Assembly: GCF_964355755.1 (NCBI RefSeq)
Contig: NC_092670.1
Span: 8,732,201-8,796,200 of the forward strand
DNA: 64,000 nucleotides
Origin: Antedon mediterranea
Lineage: Eukaryota > Animalia > Echinodermata
Direction of reading: 5' to 3'
Shown here: in pieces, positions 49,136 through 62,707 of the stretch
How positions within the stretch are numbered: the first letter of the stretch is position 1
How the letters are laid out: each line of letters begins with the position of its first letter
The notes under the pieces: generated by a model
Told to the model about the DNA's origin: nothing
What the model saw: the letters and a program-made list of their open reading frames with translations, nothing else
Databases searched by the model: none
Program-made: the position numbers and the translations under genes

Positions 49136-50138
49136 AAAGGTCATCACGTATCCATGAGAGGCACATTACATTGAAAATGTTAACATTTAAGCCAATATAA
49201 GTGCTCTGTGTAACATAATTATATTTTTTTGTTCATCACAAAATAATATCAATAAAACTAACACAGACAAAAAAAACAATCAAAATAAGTTGGCCCTATT
49301 TGAGGCAAAATATATGATGTTGACCTTTATATATTGTCGAAGCGCACTGTGCTAGGGTACCCATTTAAAGACTGGGCTCTAAATTAGTATTATTCATTAA
49401 TAACAGCCTTATTCGAAGAAACGAAAAATACGTTGAAAAAATATAATATAGAAAAATTATAAATTAACCATATTCAATAATCACGTGAAACTGTGTGATT
49501 ATGACGTATCAAAAAGGGATGCAAATTGCTTTTTAAACTAAAAGTGGATTTAAAACATAATGTAAACGTAATATAAATTGCCTACGCTTTTTGTAGAAAA
49601 AAAATGTTTATTTTGCATACTCCCTAAACTTCGCATATCTTTTAATATATGTAAGATCACCGATACCGATCACTCCATGTGGATCCAAATTATAGCACAT
49701 GTCTAGGCCTATTTATGTTAAGAGTTGATATTTTGTAATCCGACACAATTATAAATTTTATATTTTGTTAATTATTTTATTTAATTATGTTTTATTTGTT
49801 TTCTTATTTGATTACACCGTACACCGAAATTGAATAGTCACAATTTGGTATAAATGTAAATTACATTTATGTATACTATTATATTTACGTTCATCATGTA
49901 TAAATATCATTATGCTGTGCATTATTTCACATTACTGTTATTAATAATTCATTATTTTCATTGCTACTCATTATTATATAGGCCTAGCTCTGCTCGGTTG
50001 CTGTAACGCAATAATTAACACTATTATTATAACCATTTATCATGGTACATATCTAGAAATATGGAAGCTCATCATTCAATGCATGGTTACCTTGCATGTG
50101 TTAGTTTTTGGTAGGGGTAGGCCGTTTTCTTCCCCTAA

Positions 50139-50461
50139 AGATGTATTGTCCCCTAAAAAAATAATTCTTAACAAAGATTTTGTTTAATATGTCATTTTAA
50201 TGTAACTTCCTAATAATTTGACCAAAAATTGGGTCGAGAAAAATGTATTTACCTGAAAAACTGCAGTTTAACGCAAAAAGTGGTCAAATTGGCTGCCAGC
50301 CAATGGGTTTTTGGTTGATTGAACCATTTATCTTGTCATTTTATCAGTGAAAACATTTTTTTTCTATGGAAGTGATTAACTTTATATACCTACAAAATAG
50401 AATATTCAAAGTCTGATTTAATTAATCTTCATTTTTCATGTTTTTGGGGACCAATACATCT
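50139..50461. mobile_element. Kolobok-like MITE
   Basis: TIR AGATGTATTGTCCCC with CTAA/TTAA flanks; an inverted copy lies at 52402-52706. Confidence 0.8.
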
Positions 50462-52401
50462 TTAAGTAGTACAGGTATATTTTAATATCTTATTTTGTAC
50501 ATTCGTTGTCTATTAGCATTAATTAATACGAATAATAAATAAATAACCTCTAAAACTATTTATATAGAGACTAGATTTCCATTCACAATGTCACGTAATT
50601 GTTGTACGATATTAGGCTTACTGTTAATCTACGTTCACACTGTTCTCGGAATTCGGTCAGGAAATGAGATTTTGAAAAATTGTGTAATAAGGGATAATAA
50701 CCATTCACACTAAGATTTTGTGCAAAAAGTACGTGTATTTATTATTAATATTATGAATTGAAAACAAGCGACATTGTTTTAATTCATCGCTTGTGACTGG
50801 TCAACTAACCTACGTTGCGTTGCCTCCTTGTGTTGCGGCTCAAGTGGGAACCAGGCTTAAGGACGTAAGTACAATGTAATTTATTTGACCAATCGCGATG
50901 AATTATTTGAACTGTCACTTGTAATTTGTTGGTTGGCTTGAGTTCACGTCCTTGCGTTGCGTCTCTCTTAACCTGGGCCGAATCGGGGCTCAGAGTGTGA
51001 ACGTTGCCTTAATACGTCTGTACTACCATACTATTACTCCTATCTTTTCTATTCTATGACTACACCGTATTAAATGCATCTTTTTATGAGTAAATCATAT
51101 CATATTTGGGTGGTTACAGTTTACAGTGTTGAATAAAGCAAACAGAAACGTCAAACACTGAATGCTACCAACATAAGCAGACTATACTAACACAAATCGC
51201 CAACTATCAAATTGAATTCCATTTATTGATCTTCGGCTGCACTAGCAAACTAGTTTGACAAAAAACACTGTGATATGCCCAAATATGGTAGTGATATGCT
51301 TAAATATGGTAGTGATATGACGCCATCATGTCCATATATGAGTGTTGACAGTTTACGTTTCGTTTTTACCCGATCATCACCGTGTGCCTGAGGTATTTAA
51401 TGTATGTTAAATGAAATCACACAAAATGTGTTTGATGGTCGCTTTAGGCGATACATAATTACTTAGACTGCTTCTCTTATTCATTAATTAATTTTCGTAC
51501 TATATCTTGATTTCACAGGGAAAATCATGTCAACATAGAGAGGAATTCATTAATCTGCAGTACAATGTAAGTACACACTTACTGAAAATTTACAAAATAA
51601 ACTATTTTTTTAAAGCGTTTTCTCCGGGCTCAGTGATTCTGTATAGTGTTTTGGAGCTCTCAAAATGTTGTTGGTCATTGTCCTTTTTAACAATACTCTA
51701 AAAATCTTTATTACATGTCTATATTTGATCTATATGTTTTGCTCATAATTTTGCTCTGTGTGTAACTCTGTAGGCCATGTTTTTTAAAAATATACCGTAT
51801 ATGATTATTTTCAATATAGCACTGATATTTAGGGTAATTGACAAGACATTTCAATGTTTTCATACATAAAACGAATAGTTTTTTTATTTCTCTTTAAAAA
51901 AAACCCAAAAAAACACCCGAATTATATCTAGGAACAAAATTCTGCATGAGGCAAATTTTCAGGGTTACAGTAACTTTACTATTGTAAAAATATGAATTTT
52001 TAAAATATTTATGCATGTGGCAGCATCCAAATAGCAGTGAAGCAGAACGAGTGTTGTGAAAGAAACCAATTCATCAATGTTTCCTATTATCCTAAAGCTC
52101 ATGTCTACAAACCAGTTTGACAAAAAAAAAGTTGTATGTGCCCAAATATGGTGATATGCTTAAATACGGTATTGATATGACATCATCATGTCCATTATGG
52201 CACATCACATTTTTTTGACACATAAAGTTTGTTAGTGCAGACAGAGCTTTACTCTATGTGTGAGAGTACCATTTCCGACCGTCTATGGGTACCATCTATA
52301 TATAAATTCGCTTAGACACAGGCTCCTAAATACCTCTGAGTTGACGATGATGTTAAGGGGACACCCGTCAAATTGTTCTCTTATGTGAGGCTTTCCCTTA
52401 A

Positions 52402-52706
52402 AGATGTATTGTCCCCTAAAAACATGAAAAATGAAGACTAATTAAATAAGACTTTGAATATGTTATTTTGTAGTTTTAATAAAGTTAATCATTTCCATAG
52501 AAAAAAAACGAAAAAAAAATAATGTTTTTACTTGTAAAATGACAAAATAAACCGTTGAATTGAACCAAAAATCCATTGGCTGGCAGCCAATTTGACCATT
52601 TTTTGCTTTAAATTACATTTTTTCAAGTAAATACATTTCATTTGGATCCAATTTTAACTATTATGTTACATTTTAATGGAATATTCAACATGGGGACAAT
52701 ACATCT
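52402..52706. mobile_element. Kolobok-like MITE, second copy in opposite orientation
   Basis: TTAA-AGATGTATTGTCCCC...GGGGACAATACATCT-TTAA. Confidence 0.82.
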
Positions 52707-53703
52707 TTAATAGGGTTGGCCATAATTTTAAACAAGTATTGCTACTGGTCGGATGAGCTAGTTAATATGATGATGATAATAAAAATGTTGCTGTTTGATA
52801 AACTATTGAATGCCATGGTTTTGTTGGTGAATCGTGTGACATTAGATTCTAATGCAAACAACATGGTAATGATGGATGATAAAAGTCTAATATATAACTT
52901 GTCATTATGTTTATTATCCCTAACTTATTAGAAAGTTCATTAAAATGTAAACAGACCTACTTGGCTACATATAATTTGAAACTTTAAATGTTTTCGAAAA
53001 TAGTGAATCAGTGAGTGTAGGATAGTTGATCACGTGATGCAAATGGTTACGCACAGTTGATGAAGCCGGATTAATGAGATTTTAAGTGCATGATATTAAC
53101 ACATGTAGTTCTCGTTTGGTGGATATTTGTTGTCTTCACAACAAAAAATACTGTTGCGTTATGTATTATGCACGGAATTAAATAACACAATTAATAATTA
53201 ATTTATGAAAATATTTACGGCGTCTGTGACTCTATTAACCGACGAATTTGATTGGATTAGAAGATTGTTGAAATGCTTTCACCAGAGAAGAGTAAAATTA
53301 CACTCTTCGGCTCCATTCACTTTATCATTTTAAACTTTTAATTGCGGCGAACCCAAGATAAAATATACATTTTTAATCATAGTTATAAACTGCAGTGGTA
53401 CATTAATAAAACATCGGTAAGATAAAATTAGACATAACATCGTTGCGAGATCATCATTAATATTAGCCTACTTTATTGAATCAATTCAAACATTGGTAGT
53501 AAGTAATTAACAACAGATTCATTGAACTGAATAATAATTATTATATTAAAACGAGACCGCATTAATAAAGCAATCGAAGTGAAATTGCTAGGCTAGAAAG
53601 AAAGAAACAGAAAAGCAAACAATGAATGCTACAAACATAAGCAGACTACCGTATGTCATTACTAACACAAATCGCCAACTATCAAATTCAATTCCATTTA
53701 TAA

Positions 53704-53862
53704 AGCTCAGTCTACACTATCAAACACTGTGACAAAAAACTGTGATGTGCCCAAATATGGTAGTGATATGCTTAAATATGGTAGTGATATGACATCATCG
53801 TGTCCATATATGGGCACATCACATGTTTTTGTCACATCAAGTTTGATAGTGTAGACAGAGCT
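53704..53862. mobile_element. MITE family A copy
   Basis: AGCTCAGTCTACACTATCAAAC...GTTTGATAGTGTAGACAGAGCT. Confidence 0.85.
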
Positions 53863-56069
53863 TCGGCAGAACGTTGTGTTTCTCTGAGACTTCAGCACAA
53901 TGCGGCAATGCAAAAGACAGAAAAGTACAAAAGCCATGACACACATCATTATCTAACGTAGTGCTATTAATGACAACTACTACGGATTCTATTCTGCCTA
54001 CGGGATGGCTTGCGTCTTGTAAACCTGCAATGTGTTTTCTTGTAATTCTCTTCTCGATTAAGGTCTGCTCACCAATAATAAGTGAAGCCTAAATAACAAT
54101 ACGTAGTTATCGAACGAACTAAAGACAATAACCAATAATCAAACGTATAAAGAAAAAGAAACAGTGTCAACTATCCAATAATGTCTGACTATAAACGAAC
54201 AAGTAACTTAAATACTGCAGTAACTGCAGTGACGAGCCAACAAAAAAGGTAAATCATCAAATAACTAGACAAGATTTCATGAGTATTCTGTAATACGAGC
54301 GTACGTATAATATAGGTCCAGTGTAACCTATGCTAGGCTTACAGTACATAATTATTACGTCAGAGATGAGTAAGGGGATTACCCTGATGTATTACTTTTA
54401 CATTGCCTTTCGTCGTTGAAACACGGTGCCTTATATGGGTAAAAGAAAATCACGTGACCTTACGATAGATGTCTAGAAAGTATTAACTAATTCACCTTTA
54501 ATTAGAAATACCTTCAAAATAGAAACTATTTATTAGTTCTTGTTCAAAATTACTATCGTATAGGCCTATACGTAAACGAAACAATTTGTATATCTATATT
54601 TAGGCCTACTTGAACTTGAAGTCCCACATGAATTTACGACAGGAACAATACATCTGAATCTGAACATCCAGTAGAACCTCAAACCTAGGAGACGTAGGCC
54701 AAGTCACAGTATTAAGGAATTATCACCCATAATAATACTGTTGTATCATGGGCATACATTATAATCACGGTGGTATTTGTTTGCAATACCGGCATGTAAT
54801 GTGACAAATTATTGAATCTCAACTGCTAATAATTTAAGTTTCAATATTAATCACTCTAGCCTATACAGTATTCATTACAGTAGAACACTTCGTTTGGGAA
54901 ACCCCTATAAAGGGCAAGTCCGTAGCAAGAGGGAACTTTTTCATGGAAAAAAACAGAGATCCTCGGCGAAAGTGCTAGTAAGGGGAGGGGAAATGAATAC
55001 TACTGCAATTTGAGGAGACACTTTAGTATTGGGGGATCGTCCCGATGGTCTGCCGTTAATAATAATAATAATTGTTGCCTCCGTTATTAACAGGCCTAAA
55101 TCGAATATTAGCTTATGAAATATACATTAAACTATTTTATTTTGACAAATATAATTAAACGTAATTTACGGTACCTGAATTAAAATGTCTTGTATTCTGT
55201 TCGTTTAGCAGTAGCGTAAAATATCATAATAATTGAAACATAGGCTAATCATGCTTCTTCCTTTTTTAACACGAAACATACCATGGACACAAATATTTAC
55301 CGTCGCCAAAACTACAGGCTTGGTACATACCATTGACGAACCTGTATGCAAATCACTTAATATGCAAAGCAATGCCGTGTTACAACATTATGGAAAAACA
55401 GTAATAATGTGTTCAATTGTAGACTTACTGTGATTTTGTAATTTAAATTAATCTAATGTTTGTGATTTGAAATTTGTATTGTTTGTATTGTGTGGTTTAA
55501 TAAATGCGCTTAATAATAGATTAATTAATTATCATAGGAAAATGATATGATAGATAACACGTATTTATAGACAATGTCACGTGTGTGATTCTGTATTTAG
55601 CCTATTCAACGGCTCTCAAACAAACCAACATTTAAAATAATACAGAGCACATGTGACGTATATTTAGTGCTGTATCAGAGATGTTTCTGTGATACTGGGC
55701 AAACAATGTCATTTCTATAAACATAATACATAGGCGGGAAACAAAAGGTATGATTGTTTATATTTAGGACTAAATGCGCTCTGTCTCCCTTTAATCAAAT
55801 AAAAACTATTCAACCTTATTTATACTGATGGAATAATTAATTTTGAAAGAGTATTATCTTCGATACACATGGGGAAAATTGTAAATAAATTCGAAGAAAA
55901 TAATGATGTAGGCATTGCATGAGCATAATGCAAACAGAATAACAAAGACAGCTACAAAATACATCGATTTACTCTGCATTATGATCGAGTACCATCAATC
56001 ACTCTAGACATTTCTTCCTAAAAAGTCAACGACAGATACGAATTAATTACAGTAGATAAATATGACGTT

Positions 56070-56530
56070 ATGTAAACTTGATTTTGACCTTGGAGGCTGT
56101 AGCGAACGACTTAACACATCCATCCCTAGATATTCATGTGATGTATGTTTGAGAGAGGCCTAAACTGACATTGTATACACTCTATTATGAAAAGCGCCGA
56201 AGAGGAAACAGACGTATGAAGTTGATTTTGCCTTGGCTGTTTAGTTATAGAAAATGACTTAGGGCTTCCATATCCCTCTTTAGATATTCATCACTTTGTA
56301 GAGGCCTAGACTGACACAGGCCTACTCTATATTATTTTTAAAAAGTTAGGCCGAAAAATATTTACTGTAAGTTATGCAGTTCGTATCGTATTCAATAATA
56401 TGACATTACGAAAAGGTGATTTTGACTTTGAATGATGTAGAAAATGTCTTAGAACCGTAGAACATCCCTCATTAGATATTCATGTTCAAATCGAGTTCTA
56501 AAACTGACACTACTCTCATATTTTGAAAGA
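56070..56530. repeat. Old tandem triplication of a ~150-190-bp unit
   Basis: TGATTTTG(A)CCTTGG..TAG..GACTTA..ATCCCT..TAGATATTCAT..CTAAACTGACA..ACTCTAT recurs at ~56078, ~56222 and ~56418. Confidence 0.65.
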
Positions 56531-56994
56531 TATAATGTGTTATTGCCGTCGGCTCTTTCACTGTAATGTTATCAGTAACAGATCAATTAAGGTACCAGTT
56601 GTTTTAGTTTGTTGAACTAACACTAGTAACAGCATATCACTAGGCCTATATAACATTTTATTTGAAAGCGTTTTCCAAATCTATTGATTTTTTAATTTCA
56701 ATCAAGAAAATCAAATGCAGTTAATTACTTGTTTTATAAAAGAAGTACATAGAAGTAGTGACATAATAACATAACTGAAAGTGATAATTGGAGAAGTGGG
56801 AGCAGCGTGTTCCAAGAGGATTGTACCACGCCATCTCAGTTCTCGAATCAGAATTTATTTTTAGTATTTCAAGTATTCAATCATCATAGTGCCCTCATCA
56901 TCATTATTCAATACAATATAAAAAATTCCTTTATTGTCCAATAGATTTTGAAATGACATTATCTCATATATTTGAAAACTCATTCCGACTGAGC

Positions 56995-57250
56995 CAGTCC
57001 GTGCAGATCCCATAGAAAGTCCATATCAAATCTCATTATTAGTCCGTATCGGATCATCCCATTAAAAGTCCGTATCGGTTTCTATTACAAGTCCATATCA
57101 AATCTCATTTCTAGTCCTATCGGATCCCATTAAGAGTCCGTATCGGATCCCATTAAGAGTCCGTATCGGATCCCATTACAAGTCCATATCAAATCTCATT
57201 ACTAGTCTGTATCGGATCCCGATATCGGGGGCCCATTACAAGTCCGTATC
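56995..57250. repeat. ~22-bp minisatellite
   Basis: AGTCCGTATCGGATCCCATTA(A/C)A alternating with AGTCCATATCAAATCTCATT. Confidence 0.85.
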
Positions 57251-57748
57251 TTTACAGGTACTTATTCCATTACACCTAAACTAGTCAATACACTCATCAA
57301 TATAACATAAGATTACCTAGGCCTAATCTTCCATGTGGTAGCAATAAATATGCATTTCGTGTGTGTTGGATGCTTAAATTTTGTTCGACTTTCTAGTATA
57401 GTGTATACAATAATATTGCACAACAATGAAAATGCGCATTCTACCAAATGTAGCCTAGACCTAATACTGTAGATGATAACGACGGCTTTCTCATTTTTAT
57501 AGAACTATTATTAGGTCTACTATAACCAAGACAATTGTCGCAGCCAGACATAAAATCAAAAGACTGTCACGAGTTCCTATACTTGACAAGGCTGTCGGTT
57601 GCCTTGCTACTGTATAACATGGTACCTACAAGTGCTATTATGATGCTACAATGATCAGAATAACTATTATGAAAATTATTATTATTATTTTGTTTTAAGA
57701 CGACTGTGATCCACATGAGATGATTTTTAAATGGTTAATGTTTTTTAG

Positions 57749-59160
57749 GTGACACTATGTAGGCCGGAGGAACCAAAACCTTGTGCATCAACCTTTAGCA
57801 ATGAATTGACTTACGCTTTGTCAAATCCAAGGGCCACTGAGTCGTCAATAAACAAATGGGAAGAACTTATAGTTAGCACATGCGAAGGGTAAGTTATTTT
57901 TGTTTTCGTTCGCTATAGTAACAATTCTGAGATAACAGATAATTGATAATGCTAGAATCATATTTGTATACCTCCATGCTAGAACGATGGATAATTGCCC
58001 GTGGCGCTGTCGTCTTAGATGTTACACTAGATGTACAGACTCACGTCATGTCAGTGCAGCCAGCCAAAAATGCGCTCTCTCCCCTGTGCGTGCGTGAACT
58101 ACTACGGCGTAACCCCCTACTCGTGGCGCTTCGACTTACCGTAAGATTGGCTGCACTGACGTGACGACGTGAGCCTAAGGTAAGAAGGCTTTCTCCCCTG
58201 TGCGTGAACTACTACGGCGTAACCCCCTACTCGTGGCGCTTTGACTTATCGTAAGATTGGCTGCACTGACGTGACGACGTGAGCCTAAGGTAAGAAGGCT
58301 TTCTCCCCTGTGCGTGAACTACTACGGCGTAACCCCCTACTCGTGGCGCTTCGACTTACCTTAAGATTGGCTGCACTGACGTGACGACGTGAGCCTAAGG
58401 TAAGAAGGCTTTCTCCCCTGTTCGTGAACTACTACGGCGTAACCCCAGCCCCCCTCCCCCCCCCCTCGCCACTCGTGGCGCTTTGACTTACCGTAAGATT
58501 GGCTGCACTGACGTGACGACGTGAGCCTAAGGTAAGAAGGCTTTCTCCCCTGTGCGTGAACTACTACGGGGTAACTTCTTCTCGTATATAGCCTGTGTTA
58601 TTATGATTTATTTTTCTTACAGGGACGACAAGTCTAAGACGATAACAAACTGTGGACCCCTAATGAGAGAAATAGGATATAACATATCCGAAGAAGACGC
58701 AAACATTAATACATTATTTTCCGAATGTAAATTTAATATATTAGTTATACGAGCAGTTGAACATCCCACCCCAACCCCAACGCCTTTACCAACAAATGCA
58801 ATACTACCAACAAATGCAACACTACCAACAAACGCAACACTACCAACTAATAAAACACTCCCAACTAATGCAACACTACCAACTAATGCAACACTACCAA
58901 CTAATGCAACATTACCAACTAATAAAACATTACCAAGCCAAACAACAGATTCATCAAAACCAAACATACAAAACTCGAATATAAATGAAAATAGAACTAT
59001 TCTATTCTACCTTCAATTTATAGTTATTCCTATAGCTCTAGTTCTACTAATTCTGATAATTTACTATCTCTACAAAATTGAATATGCAAATAAAAACGTC
59101 AAATTTTATTGCGTAAGTGAGCAGTTTGAATCTGCGTACGAAATAAACCAATTAATATGA
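57749..59160 (+). CDS. Type I membrane glycoprotein: Cys-containing ectodomain, (LPTNAT)n stalk, TM helix, short tail; exons 57749-57888 and 58623-59160
   Basis: Canonical splice sites join ..IVSTCEG|DDKSKTITNCG.. in frame; 18-bp repeats encode N-x-T sequons; TM ILFYLQFIVIPIALVLLILIIYYLY. The N-terminus is unresolved (candidate exon 57503-57621 has TAA at 57523). Confidence 0.65.
58078..58572. repeat. 110-bp GC-rich tandem repeat (~4.3 copies) in an intron
   Basis: CTCCCCTGTGCGTGAACTACTACGGCGTAACCCC...GAGCCTAAGGTAAGAAGGCTT; an inverted partial motif lies at ~58039-58063. Confidence 0.93.
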
Positions 59161-59595
59161 ATTACAGTGCATGATTATGTTGTCCAACATCATCACCGAA
59201 GATATTCTATTCCTAGCGCATGTTTGTGTTATAAAGCATTTCTAAATATAAGCTAGGTCAGAGGGAATGCGGGGATGGGGAGGTTGGATCCTATTTCTTA
59301 CGGATCCTTAAGGGATTTAGATATATTCAGTTAAATATATACCGATACTCATACTGAATGAATGAAATGTCTATGATATCTTTTCAGTCATGAGTAAATG
59401 CATTTGAGTTTATTATAATTTATATCGTTTCACCATGTTACGCTTCTAGTAGGCCTAGTATTATATAAAACATTTATGTATTTTAACAGTTATTTTAAAT
59501 CAAATTATAAATTTTCAAGTATTAATTAGATAAAAGTATATTTATGTTTGTTTTTATTAAGTTATAATATCAATTACAATACTGTAAATTAGAAG

Positions 59596-62500
59596 TAGTA
59601 CAGGCTATATGTGACATTTATCCTATGTAACCTTGAAAAAATTCTAATAAAAGGTCTTTTGGTATTTTCTTGTAGCTTTAGGTGTGAATAAATACCAAAA
59701 CATTTTTGCAGCCTTCTAGTTGCTGCGTTAGGGAGATATTGAGGGTCAAAGGTCAGTGACCTTTTTGTGGCATTTGATGGCTCATAACTCCTCAACTCCT
59801 GGGTTTAAAAAGACAAATGTTGTGCCTACATCTATGTTTTAGTGGTCAAACAACAAAATAAAGTTTTTGCAAATTTCGGGTTACTTGTGCCATTGGTCAG
59901 ATAGTCGGGTCAAAGGTCATTGACCTTTATTCATTAATAACTACTACTAGTCTAGGACCTTGGTAAGATTTGTATGCATTTAATTTAGGAGAGAATATCT
60001 CAACTGTTATAGGATAATTAGACCCCAAGGAACAACATGGGATATGTGCCAAATTCATTATCTGGGGCGAACATGCCCAAAATCGGGGTCAAAGGTTAGA
60101 AATGTGTGGTTCTTATATCTCGACAACCACTTGTCATACAGATTTGCTTTTGGTGTCAAATTGTTCAGAATATACATATTTATATTCAGTCTAACACAAC
60201 TTTTACCCCAAAAAATGACCGGAAATGCTTTTACTGACCTTTGACCAAAAAATGACCAAAAAAACACATTTTCGGGTTAAATTATTCCATAAAATGTCAA
60301 TGGACATACTGTATGGTATAAAATGAAAGCATATACAATATGCTACCCATTGCTACCCAACTTGTATTAAACATTTTTAATTAGGAATATAACTTTATGG
60401 AATGTGCATAATTGACTTCAGTATTTAGAATTATTATTAATTTATCTTTATCAACTGGTACGACCTGTCCTGTTGATTTGAAGTTGGGTCTAGTTACACT
60501 TATTTTAAAGACGCCTTCACATACTTGCATGGCAAATTTTCGATCTATTTCTAATGTCGCTTTCTTATCTAAGATCCTTGAGAAATGCATTGCTTTAGAT
60601 CTCATACATTTTCTTGACGACAATAATCTGTTCGACCCTCTTCAACCAGCACCACAGTACAGAGTCAGCCATTCTCAAGGTGCATAATGATATTATTTTA
60701 GCTCTGGATAAAGGTAATTGTCTTTTTTCTGTGTACCTCGACCTGTCGGCAGCTTCTGATACCATGAACTATTCCATTATTATTGCAAGACTCTCGTCTA
60801 TTGGTATCCGTGGATCTGCTCTAAATTAGTTCAAGTCATATTTGTCTTCTAGGAAGCAGCAGGTCCAGATTGGTAATGTCAAATCCACCTCTATCGACCT
60901 GAAATGTGGTGTTCCTCAAGGATCAATACTGGGTCCAGTATTGTTTTTAGTTTACACCTCGCCCATGAGTGATATCATTAAGAGACATTGTGTCCAATAT
61001 CATGTGTACGCAGATGATACATCAGCTTTAATTCAGCAGAGTTTAATGAGGCGAAGTCGGTTATCGAAGCTTGTGTTGTTGATGTTCAGGATTGGCTAAC
61101 TAAAAACATGCTCTTTTTAACCCTGGTAAAACAGAAATCTTATTTATTCATTCAAAACACTTCAAGAAATTGGCCATTGCTAGAAACATCAATCACATCA
61201 TCATTGGAGGTTAGATATATCGGAGTTGTATTTGACTCAGCAATGATTATGTCCAGACATATCAACAACATTAGTAAATCTGATACCTACCACCTTCGTA
61301 ACATAAGATCAATTCGCAAATCCTTAACCCACTCCTCGCTTATTAAACTTGTCCATGCACTAATAACATCACGGTTAGACTACTGCAATGCCATTTTGTT
61401 TGGTCTACCAAATAAAGAACTTAATAAACTACAACTAATTCTTTTCTTTTTTTATACCAAATATTTCATTACAACGCTAGAATTATTTCACCCAAAATAA
61501 ACTTACATTAATTTATACTCATTTTTGTCTAAATTTAATAAAATATATGCATATTTTCCAAAAATAACATCACATAATTAAATACAAGTTAGGTAGCATA
61601 TTGTATGTGCTTTCCTTTGATACCAAATATGTCTTTTCAAACATTTGAATTATTTAATATCATAAATAAACCAAAATAAATTATCTGGTAATGTATACCC
61701 ATTTTTGTCAAAAAGCAATAAAATATGCACATTTTTCACCAAAGTAGCATCATAATTACAGATTTGTATTACAAGTTGGATAGCAATGGATAGAATATTG
61801 TATGGGCTTTTATTTGATACCAAATAGTTCTTCCAAACACTTATTTAAAATTATTTAACATTATATAAATAAGCACAACAATTACGCTACTAAATATTCA
61901 TTTTTTGTATAAAAGTAATCAAATTAGGCACATTTTCCATAAGATTAGATTCCTAATTAAAAAATGTTCAATACAAGTTGGGTAGCAATGGGTAGCATAT
62001 TGTATATGCTTTCATTTGATACCATACAGTGTGTCCATTGACATTTTAAATAATAATTTAACCCGAAAATGTGTTTTTTGGTCAAAGGTCAGTAAAAGCA
62101 TTTCCGGTCATTTTTTTGGGTAAAAGTTGTGTTAGACCGAATATAAATATGTATATTCTGAACAATTTGACACCAAAAGCAAATCTGTATGACAAGTGGT
62201 TGTCGAGATATAAGAACCACACATTTCTAACCCTTGACCCCGATTTTGGGCATTTTAGCCCCAGATAACAAATTTGACACATATCCCATATTGTTCCTTG
62301 GGGTCAAATTATCCTATATTCTCTCCTAAATTGAATGCATACAAATCTTACCCAGGTCCTACACTAGCAGTAGTTATTAATGAATAAAGGTCAATGACCT
62401 TTGACCCGACTATCTGACCAATGGCACAAGTAACCCGAAATTTGCAAAAACTTTATTTTGTTGTTTGACCACTAAAACATAGATGTAGAAACCACATTTG

Positions 62501-62707
62501 TCTTTTTAAACCCAGGAGTTGAGGAGTTATGAGCCATCAAATGCCACAAAAAGGTCACTGACCTTTGACCCTCAATATCTCACTAACGCAGCAACTAGAA
62601 GGCTGCAAAATTTTTTTGGTAATTATTGACACCTAAAGCTACAAGAAAATACCAAAAGACCTTTTATTAGAATTTTTTCAAGGTCAAACCATATATAGCC
62701 TCTACTA
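59596..62707. mobile_element. Academ-like non-autonomous foldback transposon with ~780-bp TIRs
   Basis: Termini TAGTA(C/G)AGGCTATAT...ATATAGCCTCTACTA, 3-bp TSD AAG, arms 59596-60388 and 61949-62707; mirrored ORFs in the track. Confidence 0.8.
60400..61440 (+). mobile_element. Decayed L2-clade LINE RT fragment inside the foldback element
   Basis: [59 protein letters not shown] and LVHALITSRLDYCN, with frameshifts. Confidence 0.9.

Noticed and set aside
58757-58984. Gln-rich ORF and antisense VGSVAL ORF
   Set aside because: Alternative frames of the 18-bp PTNATL repeat.
59070-59160. ITIM/ITAM motifs in the cytoplasmic tail
   Set aside because: Tyrosines are present but the spacing does not fit [ILVS]xYxx[ILV] or the ITAM consensus.
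60044-62282. Paired identical small ORFs on opposite strands
   Set aside because: Mirror images produced by the long TIRs of the foldback element.
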